Below, in pieces: positions 20,906 to 34,551 of a DNA stretch of 64,000 nucleotides. The stretch is from Ministeria vibrans ATCC 50519 (Eukaryota > Protista > Filasterea), in the NCBI GenBank assembly GCA_943704425.1, contig CALSCP010001214.1, positions 19,606 to 83,605 of the forward strand, given 5' to 3'. The position numbers and the translations under genes were made by a program. The notes under the pieces were generated by a model, which was not told where the DNA came from, ran no database searches, and was given only the letters and a program-made list of their open reading frames with translations. Each line of letters opens with the position of its first letter. The first letter of the stretch is position 1.

Positions 20906-21138
20906 NNNNNNNNNNNNNNNNNNNNNNNNNNNNNNNNNNNNNNNNNNNNNNNNNNNNNNNNNNNNNNNNNNNNNNNNNNNNNNNNNNNNNNNNNNNNNNN
21001 NNNNNNNNNNNNNNNNNNNNNNNNNNNNNNNNNNNNNNNNNNNNNNNNNNNNNNNNNNNNNNNNNNNNNNNNNNNNNNNNNNNNNNNNNNNNNNNNNNNN
21101 NNNNNNNNNNNNNNNNNNNNNNNNNNNNNNNNNNNNNN
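20906..21138. other. Assembly gap; other gaps at 7916-8094, 11602-11609, 16134-16143 and 42054-42063
   Basis: Runs of N. Confidence 0.99.
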
Positions 21139-21587
21139 ATATAGTGCCCACTGGTGACTGGGCACTGGCACCCAGTAGGCAATCGACACAGATCAGAAGA
21201 CACTCAGAAGATGCTACGCTACCATTTTACGCAACGGGGCCATCGGGCTGTGATCGGGGTTTTGGCTTTTCTGTTCAGTTAATCAGTTTTTTTTTTTCCC
21301 TCTCTCGCTTCTTCCCCATCCTCCCGCGATCTGCCACTTGTAGTTTTGCCAAATTCCCGAATTAAGCAATGGCGAACTCGAGTAACGACGCTTCTTTGCC
21401 CGAAGGTACGAAATGATTCGATCGCCGAAAAGTGGTTTTTTTTTACCGCATCAGCAGAGTCACGCTCGCGCACATGCACCCCTTCCCATCATGCTTTGCC
21501 ACGCTTGCCCCAATGGCACCTGATTGCTGTGCGAAATCATTCCGCGTGACTTTGACGCCATTTTGTCGCTGATAAAAAAAAAAGCGA

Positions 21588-21760
21588 ATGACGACGTCAC
21601 CAAATCCGATCGAGCCGAAGATCGAACGGCTCCTGCGCCAGTACCGCTGGAACGGGGTGCACACACCGATCGCCAAGAACCGGGTGCACCGTATGGCACT
21701 GGTCCATAAGGACCCGCCGGTGTGTAATTGCGAACGCGATCGATAGTTTCAATAACGACG

Positions 21761-21794
<34 letters not shown>

Positions 21795-22101
21795 CGAGAC
21801 CCAAAAAGTGTCGCAAGACAATACGTTATTCTGCGACGCTCGCACGCTGGCAGCGACACCCATCGATGGGGGTCGTGACAAATTCTGACTTTGGTCTTCG
21901 CCCCGTAGACTACGGCGAGTTCTTCAACTGTCGTGCGTTTGGTTCGGTTATGCTTCCATCGCGCAATGCCGGAATTGAAAGTGCCGTTCGTGCCATGTAC
22001 CTTGTCCGTGGCCGCGACCCCACCACCGGATTGAAGTCGAAAGCGATCAAGAAACCGTACGAATGCAGAGTGTCTTTGTGTGTGTATGTGTGTTTGTATA
22101 A

Positions 22102-22133
<32 letters not shown>

Positions 22134-25100
22134 TATAATGTATATATGTGTGTGTGTGTGACTGCTTTTTTCAATCTGGGTGTACCCAGCGGCGCTTATC
22201 ACACCCATTGAACTTCTTTGTCTTCCCAGGTACCGCTCTCCACTGCGAATGGTGCTCTCTCTGGATTTCAACGGTATTGTTATGCTCGACGCCAAGGGCG
22301 AGACCATTCTTGCGCGTTACCGCTACCACTCCGTGTACCTGTGTACACAGTTGCCCGAGGATCCCGCCTTCGCAAAAAAAACACGTTGCTCCATTGCCTT
22401 CGTGACCAACCACGACACTCAGCCCGATGCGTACATTTGCCACGTGTTTCACACACCCGTGCCCCTTCAGTTCATCGAAGCTTTCGATCTGTTCACGCGC
22501 GGTATTTACGTGCCCTTCCCACAACGCCGCTTCCGCGGCTGCAACCATCCGATGATCCGGCCACGCGAGGCGACCACCGAATCGCGCGCGATTCCTGCCG
22601 TTGCATCTTCTGCTGGTGTTCTCGACCCACCTTTTGTGCCGGAGCAACACATGTGGATCGAAGAGGACGAATTCGATCAGGTTGCCATGCAGCACCTGAC
22701 GCAACCGCACACGGCTCGCTCGCTAGGTCACATCGACGCGGAGGCCATGAGCGACGAGTTCCATGATCAAATGGTGCCCGACATGGTATCTGTCGCGCCT
22801 CCCGCGACCGGCTCGCAGCTGCGTAGTGTGTCCACAGCCAGCATGCCGCCTGCTCTCTCGCTGCTCGCTGTCGACACGTCCGCGCTGTGGGAGTCCATGA
22901 AAACCATGTATGTCACGTCGACGGCGACCATTGCACTCACACTACCCAGCGCCGACAATGGCGAGCCCGTATTGACTGTGCACGAGCCCGATGGCACGCG
23001 CAACGATTCACTCGCGACGGTCACGCACCTGCAAGACGACAACTGGTCGCTCGACTTTACTCCCGAAAAGATCGGCGATCACATCGTCTGCCTCAAGCTG
23101 CAGGATGTCAATGTCTATGGCACACCCATCACAGTGCACGTCTTGCCGCTGCCCGCCGGCGACGGCCCCATTGACGTGACCGCCTCGGGCGCAGGTCTGT
23201 ATCAGGCCAAGCTGAACGAGCAGGCGGTGTTCCGTGTCCAGGCGCCGGCCATGAACCCCGACGAAGATTTTATCGAGGCGCGCATTACGAGTCCCTCGGG
23301 TGCCGAGGTCATGGCTCACGAACTCACGGTGGGCAAGGGCATCTTTGAGGTCGTATACACACCTGATGAGACGGGCATTCACACCATTGACATTCTGTTC
23401 AACGACGAAATCTGCTGCCTCAGTCCCTACAAGGTACCGGTGACCACCGACCTTGACCCGAGCGACGACGCCTCCCGCATGCGCGCCATCGGGCCGGGTC
23501 TCGTCAGTGGTTGCATTGGCATGCCGGCCACCTTTGACGTGCTTCAAGAGGAGCCGCATCACGGCACTCCTGTCGTTTCCGTGTCTGACCCACGCGGTTC
23601 ACATGTGCCCTGCACCGTTGTGCCCGACGCACAAAAATCTGGCGTGTTCCACTGTGAGTACATGCCAACGACGCTCGGCTCGCACAACATTGGCATTGGC
23701 ATTGGCTCGTCGCCCGTGCCCGATTCTCCCTTTCACCCGTTCATCACCGCGCCCGCCATGAGCCCTGCGCCCACCGGCGAGTTTGCACAGGCACCCTCCG
23801 GTGCGCGGGTGGGTATGCCTATTCGTGGCCTCATGTGGCTGCGTTATGTCGAGCCCAAACAAGAAGTGAAGGTGCGCGTTACGTATCCGGACGGGCACAC
23901 TGAGCTGCTTCCTGCCGTGCACATCGAGGAAGAAGACGACGATCCACGCGAGCGTCAGTGGAAGTTGCGCGACGACTTCTTGCCTACCGACCCAGGCACG
24001 TATGTCCTTTCGGCGTTTGTCGACGGTGAGCAGGTAGGCGACGACCATCCTATTGTGATCGGTGCGCCCGGCGAAGATGGCTGTCAGCTCATTGGGCTGA
24101 GTCCCTTCGGCAAGGTTAACGACGAGCAAGTGTGCTATCTGCAATTACTGGGCACAACCTGTGACGACAGCACGACCGATCCTGATTTTGTTGTCAACGT
24201 GCGTGTCGACGACCCCCTCTCGTTGAAGGAACTTGCCTCGCTCACCAAGACTGGCACGGGCGAGTACCTTTGCTCGTTCACACCGTACTCACCTGGCCCT
24301 CACACACTCGTGCCCATGCTCAAGGATAACAAGGAGCCAAAGTGTCCCGGCGCACCCTACACCCTCATGGCCGAGCTCAAGCGTGTCAACTACCACCTCG
24401 ACATGGGTCCGTGGTTCGACCTGAGCGTTGGTCAGACGGGTCGTGCACCCATCTGGATCGACGAAGCGTGTCTTCCCGACGTCACCGAGCACCACGAGCC
24501 GGCGGGCATCATCACCGCACCCGATGGCTCTACTTATCCCCTCGTCATTGCACGACTGCCCGTCAAGGCTGGTTCGTTCACCGGGGGCTTCACACCGCGC
24601 GTGCCGGGTCTTCACTACATTACGTTGCGTACCGAGACCAACGTGCCCATCGGTGAGCCGCTGCCCTTCGAAGTGACCGGTCTGCCGGAACCCGCCTGCG
24701 AAGCTACTGGCGCCGGACTGAAGAGTGCCGCCGTAGGCGAACGCGCTCCCTTCACGTTGCAACAAACTCAAGGCGATGACCTCGCCGCCGGACAGCAGCC
24801 TATTCTGATTGCGCAAGATCCCGCGGGCAACAACCTGCCGCTCGAGGTAGTGCCCGATGGAACGCGCGCTTGGAACGTAGTCTATACGCCTCGGGTGATG
24901 GGTGATCATACCATTGTAGCTCAGCTCGACACGGGCTGTGTCGCCCCCGGATCACCCTTTACTGTCCCAGTCGGGCCCGAGCCTGTGCGCTTTCGTGCGC
25001 TGGGTGACGGTCTCATTGGTGCCACACTTGATCTCATGGCCGCCTTCCGCCTGCTTCCGCTCTTCTCCATGTCCGGTAATGCCGACGAGATGCCCGAGGT

Positions 25101-28052
25101 GACCGCCGTCGACGGGGCTGGCGATCCCCTTGATGTGACCGTGCGCAAACTATCGACAGCCGACGGCTGGGAGTGTACCTACACGCCGCGTGTGCCGGGT
25201 GACATTGAACTGATGATCACTGTGCCCAGTGCGGCGAGTGGTATGCCGCAAGTGCCACTCCAGGATACGCCCTACATTGTGCCCGTTGCCGAGGGACCGC
25301 CGCGCTTCAAGGCGATGGGCGACGGTCTTGTCAGCGCTGTTGCCGACCTGGTCGCTGCCTTCCGTGTGCTACCACTGGTCAATTTGGACAGCGACAACGA
25401 CGCACTGCCCGTGGTGAGCGCGCTCGGACCGGGTGGCGAAGATGTGCCGGTGACTGTAACCAAGGTTGCGGACGATCCCAACGAGGGATGGAACTGCACC
25501 TACACACCCACGCAGCCAGGCGACATTGCCATCAGCGTCAGCGTGCCCGGTGTGCACAAGAAGGATCCCTTTACACCGCTGCGCAAGACGCCCTACATCG
25601 TTCCTGTTGCCGACGCCCCCATGCCATACACAGCCACGGGTGAGGGTCTCGTTCGTGCCGAGGTGGGCCAGCCACGCGAATTTGCCATTATCCCGGTGAA
25701 CGGATTGCGCAGCAAAGAAAAGCCGCAAGTGAGCATTGTCGCCCCCGATGGGACGTTGGTTCCAGTCACTGTCAAGCCGGCGGCGAACCCCGACGATGGC
25801 TGGGTGGCCGAGTACAAGCCCAAGACGCCCGGTGACCTCACGATCACGGTGACGGTGCCGACGAAGGGACAATCTCAGCGCCCGATTCGCGACGAGCCTT
25901 GGGTGGTACCCGTCTCGCCTTCCAAGGGACGTCTTGTGGCCGAAGGAGACGGTCTCCATAAGGCCAAGTTGGCCGAACTCGCGACATTTATGGTACGTCA
26001 GCGTGACCCTGAAGCCCCACGCGTGCGCGGTCTGCCAACGGTCAAGATCACGGACAGGGACTCGGGCGAGCCCGTCGACGTGTTTGTCAGTCCGGTCGGT
26101 CCGGGTCAGTTCAAGTGCACGTACACACCGCTCGCGCCTGGCACCCTCAACATTGAAGTGTTTGAACCGCCAGCGCCGGCTGCGTCCGCTTCGGCGCCAC
26201 TCGCACCTGTCAGCGACAGTCCCTACGAGGTGCCTGTGCTGGGCGAGCCCGTGACTGTCACCGCGGCAGGACCGGGTCTGTCGCACGGCGATGTGGACGA
26301 GCCGGCCGAGTTTACCATTCGCCTGGCGTCCGGACCCGATCTGGGTCCCGAAAGACCACCGCGTGTCACCGTGAATAATCCCCTGGGCGAACCTATTCCC
26401 GCACAAGTGCGGCCTACCAAGGAGCCCGGTGTGTTCACGGCCAAGTACACGCCACGCGAGCCTGGCGACTTTCTCATCACGGTGGGTGCTCCGCCGTTTG
26501 GCCGGCCGCTCGCAGTGGGCAGTCCATTCACTGCGGCCGTCACAATAGTGCCGACGACATACGAGGCCAAGGGACCCGGTCTGACGACGGCGGCATTGAA
26601 CGAGCCCGCAACTTTTACTCTTGTTCAGACCAGTGGCAATCCCGTGTTACAACCCGTTATCATGATCACCGATCCCAACGGTGAGCCCGTGCCTCTTGTC
26701 GTTTCACCAGGCGGCCCCAATGCCTGGACGGTCGTTTATGAGCCTAAGGTGCCTGGCGAGTACACTGTCGACATCAAGTCGCCTGTCGCGAAGCTGCCCG
26801 TGTCGCAGAGTCCCTACAAGGTGGCATGCGCCGATGGTGATCCGCCTCCGATGCGCGCCGGCCGTTGTGCCGTGTCACCCGAGCCGCGTGGCACTCACGA
26901 TGCCAACACCCCCATGGAATTTGTGGTGGACCAGGCAGAGCCTCATGTGGGAGAGCTGACTGTCGATGTGGAGGGTCCGCCCGAGGAGAAGGCGGTCGCG
27001 ACGGTGCAGCAAAAGCGTTCGGGCCAGTGGAACTGTCACTTTTTGCCGACTGTGCCGGGCGACTACCGAGTCAACGTGCGTCTGGATGGCCACCACGTTC
27101 CACGTTCGCCGTTCCCCTTCCACGTCGGTGTGCCCGACACCAACGAGCTTCAGGCCGCACGCGCACGTCTGCGCAAGGTTCCTGCGTCGTCGGCCGAGAA
27201 CCCGTTGCCGCTTGGTGCTCCCTGGCTGCTGGAGATTTCGCAGCGAGTGCCCAAGGCGGGCGACCTGACCGTCGACGTGTTTGGGCCCGACAAGAGCAGC
27301 GAGCCTGTGGTGGAGCCGGGTCCAGCCGACGAGGATGGCTCTGCGACGTGGACGTGCGACTACACGCCGCGCGAGCCGGGCACGTACCACGTGCACGTGA
27401 AGATCAACAACGTCCATGTGCCCCAGTCGCCTTTCATCTTCTACGTCGCGGAGGGCAAGCGTGGTCCCGTGCGTGCCGAGGGTGAAGGCCTTCAGACGGC
27501 ACACCTCAACAAGCCCGCCATGTTCCACTGTCGCCAGGAGCCTGCCTTTGGTGGCGATGTCGCCGCGACTGTCACCGATCCCGAAGGGAACCCTATTGAT
27601 TGCCAAGTATGACTGTGTTTCTTTTTTATGTGTCTGTATCTGCATGTGACTGAGAATTGATTTTTTTTTTTGTTTTCTTTATAGGTTGTTCCTCAAGCGG
27701 ACGGCGAATGGGTGTGTGCGTACCAGCCCAAGGTACCCGGCAAGCACATTATTGAGGTCACGCATGAAGGCACACCCATTAAGAGCAGCCCATGGCGAGT
27801 TGTTGTGCCCGCTCCACCAAAGTACGATGCATTGCATGTGTGCCGACTCTTTTTACTCACTGTCCTTTTGTGGTTTGTTGTGTAGGCCTGGAAAGGTGAC
27901 TGGTGCAGGTCCTGGTCTGCAATCGGGCTCTGTGGGCGAACAGGCGACTTTCAATGTGTTCCAGAGTGCCCCGCACGATCAGAGCGAAGTCACCGTGGCC
28001 ATTTTCGATCCAAAGGAAGAGCCTGTTCCGGTAAGTACATGGAGAAAGAGCC

Positions 28053-28151
<99 letters not shown>

Positions 28152-28803
28152 CCTAAAACAGCAATGTGTACAGTTTGAGATGACACCGAGTGGAGCGCGA
28201 CGATGGAAGGTGGACTACACACCGACTGTGGCTGGAACACACCGTGTGGAAGTGCGTCAGAACAAGGAACATGGCAACAAGAGCCCATGGAAGGTACAAA
28301 GAACATGCAGGTGTATGTGTGACAGGGATAATGTGATACTGATGCTGTATGTGCCTTTTGTGTAGCCGGTGATTGGAGCGCCTGCTGCGGGCTTCAAGGG
28401 TGGTTTGTTGCCACCTAAGACAACGGGACTGCGCGGAGTGGTCCTCAACGAAGTGGAAACCAACAAGTACCAGGACAAGGTACAAAACTAAACAGTGTCA
28501 CATGAGAGAAAGCGATGGAGTGTTGAAAATATTATGTCTCTCTATCACTTTTTCTTTCCTCCTTTCTCTTCTCTATCACTTTGTTTCTCTCGCTCACTCT
28601 TTTTATCACTTTGTAACTTTCTCTTCTCTCTCTCTCTCTCTCTTTTTTTTTCTCTCTCTCTGTATGTAATGTGTAGGTTGCACTTCCTGACTGGGCGTTA
28701 CAGCGCCGCAAGAAGCACGTTGAGTTGCAGGATGAGGTGGACACCAAGATTGTCGAGCAGGAGCAAGGCTCGTCCATCGACTTGCTCTCGCCCACCACAG
28801 GTG

Positions 28804-28837
<34 letters not shown>

Positions 28838-29178
28838 CGATTATAATGCTTCTTTACTGACGCCACTTAAATGCGTACTGTTACAGGCCGAAAGAAGAAG
28901 AAGGTCATTACGTTTGATACGCACAAGGACAGTGAAGGAGATGAAGGCATTGTGCAGCAGTCTGTGATGAAATCAATGGTAAGCATGCACAGTCAGTCAG
29001 TCTGGGTTCTTCTCATTTGTGTCTCTTTTATGTCTTACACTATCAACGTGCGTAGGACGACGGAGTGGTTGACGCCGAAGAGATCAAATCTAAGGTGGAG
29101 GCGGATCTGGCGCAGTCAGAAGCGACCAAGGACAAGGCGTGGCAGAATATGCAGAGCACGCGCGGGAAACGCGAATGA
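21588..29178 (+). CDS. PTB-domain plus filamin (Ig-like) repeat protein, about 17-19 repeats, with no calponin-homology domains. Exons approx 21588-21719, 21854-22056, 22230-27606, 27685-27821, 27886-28030, 28174-28293, 28366-28479, 28677-28800, 28887-28978, 29056-29178
   Basis: Repeated filamin consensus (A.G.GL..A......F.V......V.V..P.G..........Y.P..PG.H.I.V.......SPF.V.V). The N-terminal exons give a PTB-like sequence: FGSVML…MVLSLDFNGIVMLD…IAFVT…YICHVF. GT-AG boundaries are phase-consistent. The first exon is less certain. Confidence 0.85.
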
Positions 29179-29636
29179 GAAACAGACACACGGAGAGATA
29201 ATAGATAGAGGGAGAGAAAGAGCGTGTGTCTGTGTGTGCGCAGACGGAGAGAGATTTTCTCATTCATACGAAGTAGACAAACATCTACATCTCAATCAAT
29301 ACACAATATTATTTCTATAAATATAGTATTATTAATTTATTAGTATGAAGAAAAGGCTCTGAAGTTTATTATTTATTTATGTCTTATTATTTTCCTGTGC
29401 CTCCTTACATTCTTCTCATGGGTGTATCAGTGGGTCAGGCTCACTCACTGGGTCTATGGGCTTCTTTCGGGACATTCTCGTGTTCTGTTGTGCTGCTCTT
29501 TGTTTTGTAGACAGTTTTGTTTTGACAGTGAGGATTCTCTATTATTATTATTTTTCTTATTCTTGAAAATTGAAATTTGATCACTTCTTTGTTAATAGTT
29601 CCCCGTTGTTCTTTCATCAAGGCGGCATTGGACGAT

Positions 29637-30543
29637 ATGATGTTCTCGAAGGCGTCCTTTGGCGCTATCCTGCTTGCGACGGCGCTCCTTTGCGCCTCTG
29701 TTGTGTCTGGTCATCCGGAGCCTCTGGCGGCCGGTGTGACGGTCAACTGCACCGACCACCCCGCTCCCATGTCGTACCACATTCACATCATCTTCATGCA
29801 GTACGACACGGACCAAATGGCGCGCGCCGTTGCTCTGCGCACTGAATTCGAGTCTGCCTTTGCCCATTTGCTTGGCCCTGACCCCAAGTGCTCGGCGGCC
29901 GTCGAGGGTGGCCGATACAGTAAGACGAGCGATTGTTGTGCAATCGAGCGTGGCCGTGCATGCGACAGTCGATGGCTGTGCATTGAGCGGCGTGATTTCA
30001 TTTTGGATGACAACACTACGTACAACAACAGTACTTGTCTAACTCATTGTCTCTCAATCGTCAGACAACGGCCGATTCTGCATGATCTATGACCACACGC
30101 CCGACCAAATTCTTGCGGGTGCGCCATTCCCAGCGGGCGAGTGGTCTGCGTTCGTCACGGTGCCCGTCCTGCCGATGGTGGTGCCGTGGCTCACGCAGCA
30201 TCGCGGCGAATTCACGCTCCTTGTGCACCCCAACACCGGCTGTGAGTACGAAGACCACTCCATCTGGGCCCTGTGGTCCGGTCCACAGTGGCCCCTTGAT
30301 CTGGTCCATGCCAAAATGATTCCATGGCAGCAAACCAACGAGTTTAACCACACACTGGGCGACGCAGGAAATCCTGAGTGTCTCAAATCAGGACTCGTCT
30401 GCGGAAAATCGGTAACTGCAAACAAGGGAGTCTTCGTCCTATTGTTTTTTATTTTATTTTTTTCTGGGTAGTATCCGCAAATGGCCTGTTGCTCTGGCTC
30501 CTGTGCCCAATCTCAACAAAACTCTCTCTTGACGTGTCAGTGA
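29637..30543 (+). CDS. Secreted DOPA 4,5-dioxygenase-family (PF08883-like) protein with a C-terminal cystine-knot-like module. Exons 29637-29919, 30065-30411, 30472-30543
   Basis: Signal peptide MMFSKASFGAILLATALLCASVVSG; SYHIHIIF…AVALRTEF; VVPWLTQHRGEFTLLVHPNTGCEYEDHSIWALWSG. The tail has C-x6-C-x8-CC-x3-C-x10-C. Confidence 0.82.
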
Positions 30544-30592
30544 AAATGCTTTTTTTGGGTTGTATTGGAACAGTCAGTGATGTTAATGTTTA

Positions 30593-31418
30593 TTAGTGAA
30601 TGAGTTGAGAAGACCATTTGGGAAAGACGCGTTTGTAAAGAGCCATAAGAACCGTGTCTTGTGATTTGAGTTGGCCATCAAATGTGCATTTCATATGGCC
30701 ATGAGTACCTAAGAGAACATTGCATGAGGGTAAGTAGACGCGTTGTGTTCAGCATTTCTTACCCAGCGGCTCTTTGATGTTTCCTCTTCGCCCCATTTTC
30801 GTGTACAATTCAACTGGTTTGAACCACATAATATCCTCTATAAAACAACAATACAATAAGCATAATGAATTTATCAGTATTATTACAGCCAGTGACATTC
30901 TTTGTGTTGGAGGACTGACCTCGATTGAAAAACATAAACCGAATGGTCGCAAATCGCTTATTGATGGTAAACGGATGACCTAATAATTATAATAACAGAA
31001 CATTTTGATTAATAATAATACTACTAATTATTTCGAGGGGACTTTGCCTGACCGGAAAGGAGAATTTTCTTGATAATGAGCCGATCGGGATTCGCACCCA
31101 AAACAGAACCAGAACCCAAAAGGCGAAGAGACAAATCTGAAAATAAAAGACGCACACAATGTAAATTGAATTGAAACTCGTTACTATGAAAGATTGAGAT
31201 TGAGGATTGGCATTGATTGCGCGACTTGAGACACCTTCATCTTGTACCTTCGTTTTCAGCAAAGACCAAAATGGGCATTGGAGTGTACGTGACGGGCAGA
31301 AACGCAGTTGCAACTGCACTTTCCCCTAAAAAAACAGTAGCACAGAGAGAACAAAAGGTCAGTTTAGACGTGCAGGGAACTTTCTTAAAAGACAATGTGG
31401 CGCGTGCTGTGTGTGTGT

Positions 31419-31504
<86 letters not shown>

Positions 31505-31663
31505 TTTGTTTGTACCGGTTCGGAGGAAACGGAGATATTTGAATTTGCGTTTTGAGCCGGTTGCCAGTTGAGAGAAGATGGGAGAGACGCGGAAGCGACG
31601 GAGACCCATTTGGACGATAAGGGGCTGTTTGGAGGCGATGGTAGTGGGGGGGAGAGAATGGCT

Positions 31664-31727
<64 letters not shown>

Positions 31728-32417
31728 AGAGGATAAGGTTAGGAAGCATAAGACGTACCTTCTTGCTCCGTTCCCGTGTGACAGGGTCAGACTAAAGTGC
31801 ATTACTGTCATCTTTGTTTCGTGGCGCAACAGCGAGAAGACTGTCACTGACTTGATCAAGAAGTCACTCTGAAGTTTCTCTGGTTAAAAAAGGAAGAAAG
31901 TAATATATTAGAGCATTTTCGTGGTTAACAACAAATAAAATTATTATTAGTATTAGTATTATTATTATTATTTTTATTATTATTGTTGTTGTTGTTCTTA
32001 CGAGCTTGTTCAAGAGTCACATTCGCCACATTCAAAGTCACATAAGTACCAGGCTATAAAAAAGTGCATAAAAAAACTCTGTCAATCACACATTCTCTCA
32101 CTCAGAATCAATCGGTCTCTCTCAGTAACACGCTCCTCTCTCTCTCGCACCAAAATCTCATTCTGGTGTTCTGTAATGGCCCGTTTAAAGGCGCGCGAGA
32201 GATTCTCAAACTGAAACACTCGAGCGTAATCACGCGGTAGATTCTCTTTTGGATCCCACTGCGAGTTTTGGAAATGTTTCAGTCCCCGAAACCTACAATA
32301 AACAGAGCGTTAGAAATCAAAAAAAACAAATTCACACTCGAATACAAAAAAATGTCACTGTGATTGAATCACACGCACACGCACACAAAGCTTTTCTGAT
32401 TAAATATCACACACACA

Positions 32418-32476
<59 letters not shown>

Positions 32477-34245
32477 TTATATAATAAAACTCACTTCTGG
32501 AAACGCACTCGGGCAGGCATATCAACTGGGGTATCGACTTCATCGGGAAATAGCGCATCTTCCTCACTGCGTTCCACCTGCCTCTGCTCCCGCAACATCC
32601 GCAGCTCCTGCTGCTCTTGTGCCTCCCCTCCTTCACCGTACTCCTCTTCATCGTACTTGCGTGCGTCCTCTCCGCTTATTGTCACCACTTCCATTTCTTC
32701 CTCCTCTTCCTCCTCTTCCTCACTCATAGCCATCTCCTCATCACCACTCGCTTCCTCCCCCCCCTCTTCATCATCATCATCATCATCACCATCGCCATCC
32801 TCATCCGGAATCCACGCCGCCTGATACGAGCTGGTTCCCTTGGGGACCCGTCGCCGCACCACCTGTGCCTGCGCTGACGCCACCAGTCGCTCCTCCGCCT
32901 CTGCCAGTTCTTCCTCGGTGGGCCACGTCTGCTCCCCTTCCATCGGATCCAACTCCACCTCCTGCTCCAGAGAATGCTGCTCAGACACATTCGGCTCACT
33001 CAGAACTCCCATATGACTCCCTTCCTCCTCCCCCGAGACAATGTTTTTCAGCTGGAAGTCGCCAATGCCAGGCAGATGCACCACCACATTGGCCGACAGT
33101 GCTCGTCCGCCACGCACAAACCCCGTCACACTCAGCGTCTGATCTCCCTCGTTGTACCCCAGCTTCTCGGCAAGCACGTAGGGCCGTGCATTGCGCCACT
33201 GTACTCCGGTTTGTGCCGTACGCGACGACAAGTGACGCACTAGCGTCGCTGTGTTGGTGGGCAGCTCTGTGTCGTAGACGCGTCCTTCGCCCGCCGGAAA
33301 GAACTGTGCAATGCTCGCCAGCAGTGTCTTCTTCTCCGCCTGCAGTCGTCGATTCGCCTGGTCACGCTTGGTATGTGCTGTGCGTGTCTGATCAACGTCC
33401 ATCGACTTGGCCGCCACATTTGCCGAGGGTGCAAGCACATGGATGGTTGTCGTGAGTCCCTGTCCCAGAAAGCACGACAACAAATGATCGCGCTCCGTCG
33501 TGTCTTCCAGCGGCGTGTGCAGCAAAAGGAGTACATCGGCACACATGGCGGCATCGAGCGTGGCTGCGACGGCGTTGGGTCCGCCGAAGGAGCATGGCAT
33601 GAGCGTCAGACGTCGACGAGCCGCCACAACATTCACCGTAAACAGTCCGTTGGCACCAACACTGACAAATGCGCTCTCTTGACTCCCCTCGCGGGTGTAG
33701 TCCGGGTCGGATTCACGGACGGTGTCAACAAGGCGGTGGATGGCCGCGGTGCATCGCTCAGAGGCGTTCTCCGAGAACAGCGGAATGACTGCGACCACAA
33801 GAGGCGCCACACCGCCGCCAATGCCGCTGCGCGCCGCCTCCGAACCCGAAGCCATGGTGGCGGCAAGTCCTCGGCGCTCGTCGTTCATCTTGCGACGCTT
33901 CTGCTTCATCTACGGAGCGAGGAAAAGGGCACGAGAGAATCATTCGACGGCCGGCACGTGGAAACTTAAAAACGACGTCATTGCGACGGACTGACCTTTT
34001 GCTGCGCAATGGCACGACGCTGTTTCTTGTCCATCTTGTCTGTGCGCTGCTTCACCGACGGCGCCGCAGTGACACGGCCGCCGAAGTCTGCATCGATTTG
34101 TCCTTTGGTGCGAAACCGTGACTTGTGCGACTTGTTCGTCTGGCAGGGGAGAGAGCGCCACGTCAACAGCAGTCCATGCGCACAATTAAAAACCCCCCCT
34201 CAACTGTACCTGTTTGAGACCAGACGATCGATGGTGGTGATCCAT
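30593..34245 (-). CDS. TSR1: Pre-rRNA-processing protein TSR1 (40S ribosome biogenesis, AARP2CN and RIBIOP_C domains), multi-exon
   Basis: [12 protein letters not shown]|[49 protein letters not shown]…[28 protein letters not shown]…[41 protein letters not shown] and LYKRVFPKW. Confidence 0.96.
31424..31501. repeat. (GT)n microsatellite in a TSR1 intron; (AC)n/(GT)n tracts also occur near 11-98, 22102-22130, 32408-32455 and 35607-35672
   Basis: Dinucleotide runs visible in the sequence. Confidence 0.95.
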
Positions 34246-34551
34246 TCTGCAACAAAGAAAAATATTGATAATTGAATTCAATGCCTTTTGACTTGTTTGG
34301 ACATATTTTGTCATTTTCATTTTTGTGCGTGTACTTTGCAGTCGTCCGACTCCAAGTTCCTACTCTGCCACTGGATATGAATTCAGATCAGATGCTAAGA
34401 GAACACATACTCATAAATCTGAATCTGTGAATCATGCAATTTAGTCACTTTTTTTCACTTCACCTCTCAACACTAAACCAGTTGCCACAGATCTTCAAGG
34501 CACCACTCGCCCGTCTCCTGAGTTCTGAGTTCTGTCTGATCATTTTTCACG
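34246..34551. promoter_or_regulatory. Putative bidirectional promoter TSR1/RAD9; similar short divergent spacers at 44289-44395 and 62891-63112
   Basis: Divergent start codons 306, 107 and 222 bp apart. Confidence 0.5.

Noticed and set aside
21139-21230. Possible signal-peptide exon of the 36-EGF receptor (LLICVDCLLGASAQ on the minus strand)
   Set aside because: There is no in-frame ATG before an upstream stop and it runs into the N gap, so it cannot be supported.
21588-29178. Canonical filamin (FLNA)
   Set aside because: No CH actin-binding domains are visible and the C-terminus is a low-complexity tail, so no gene symbol was assigned.
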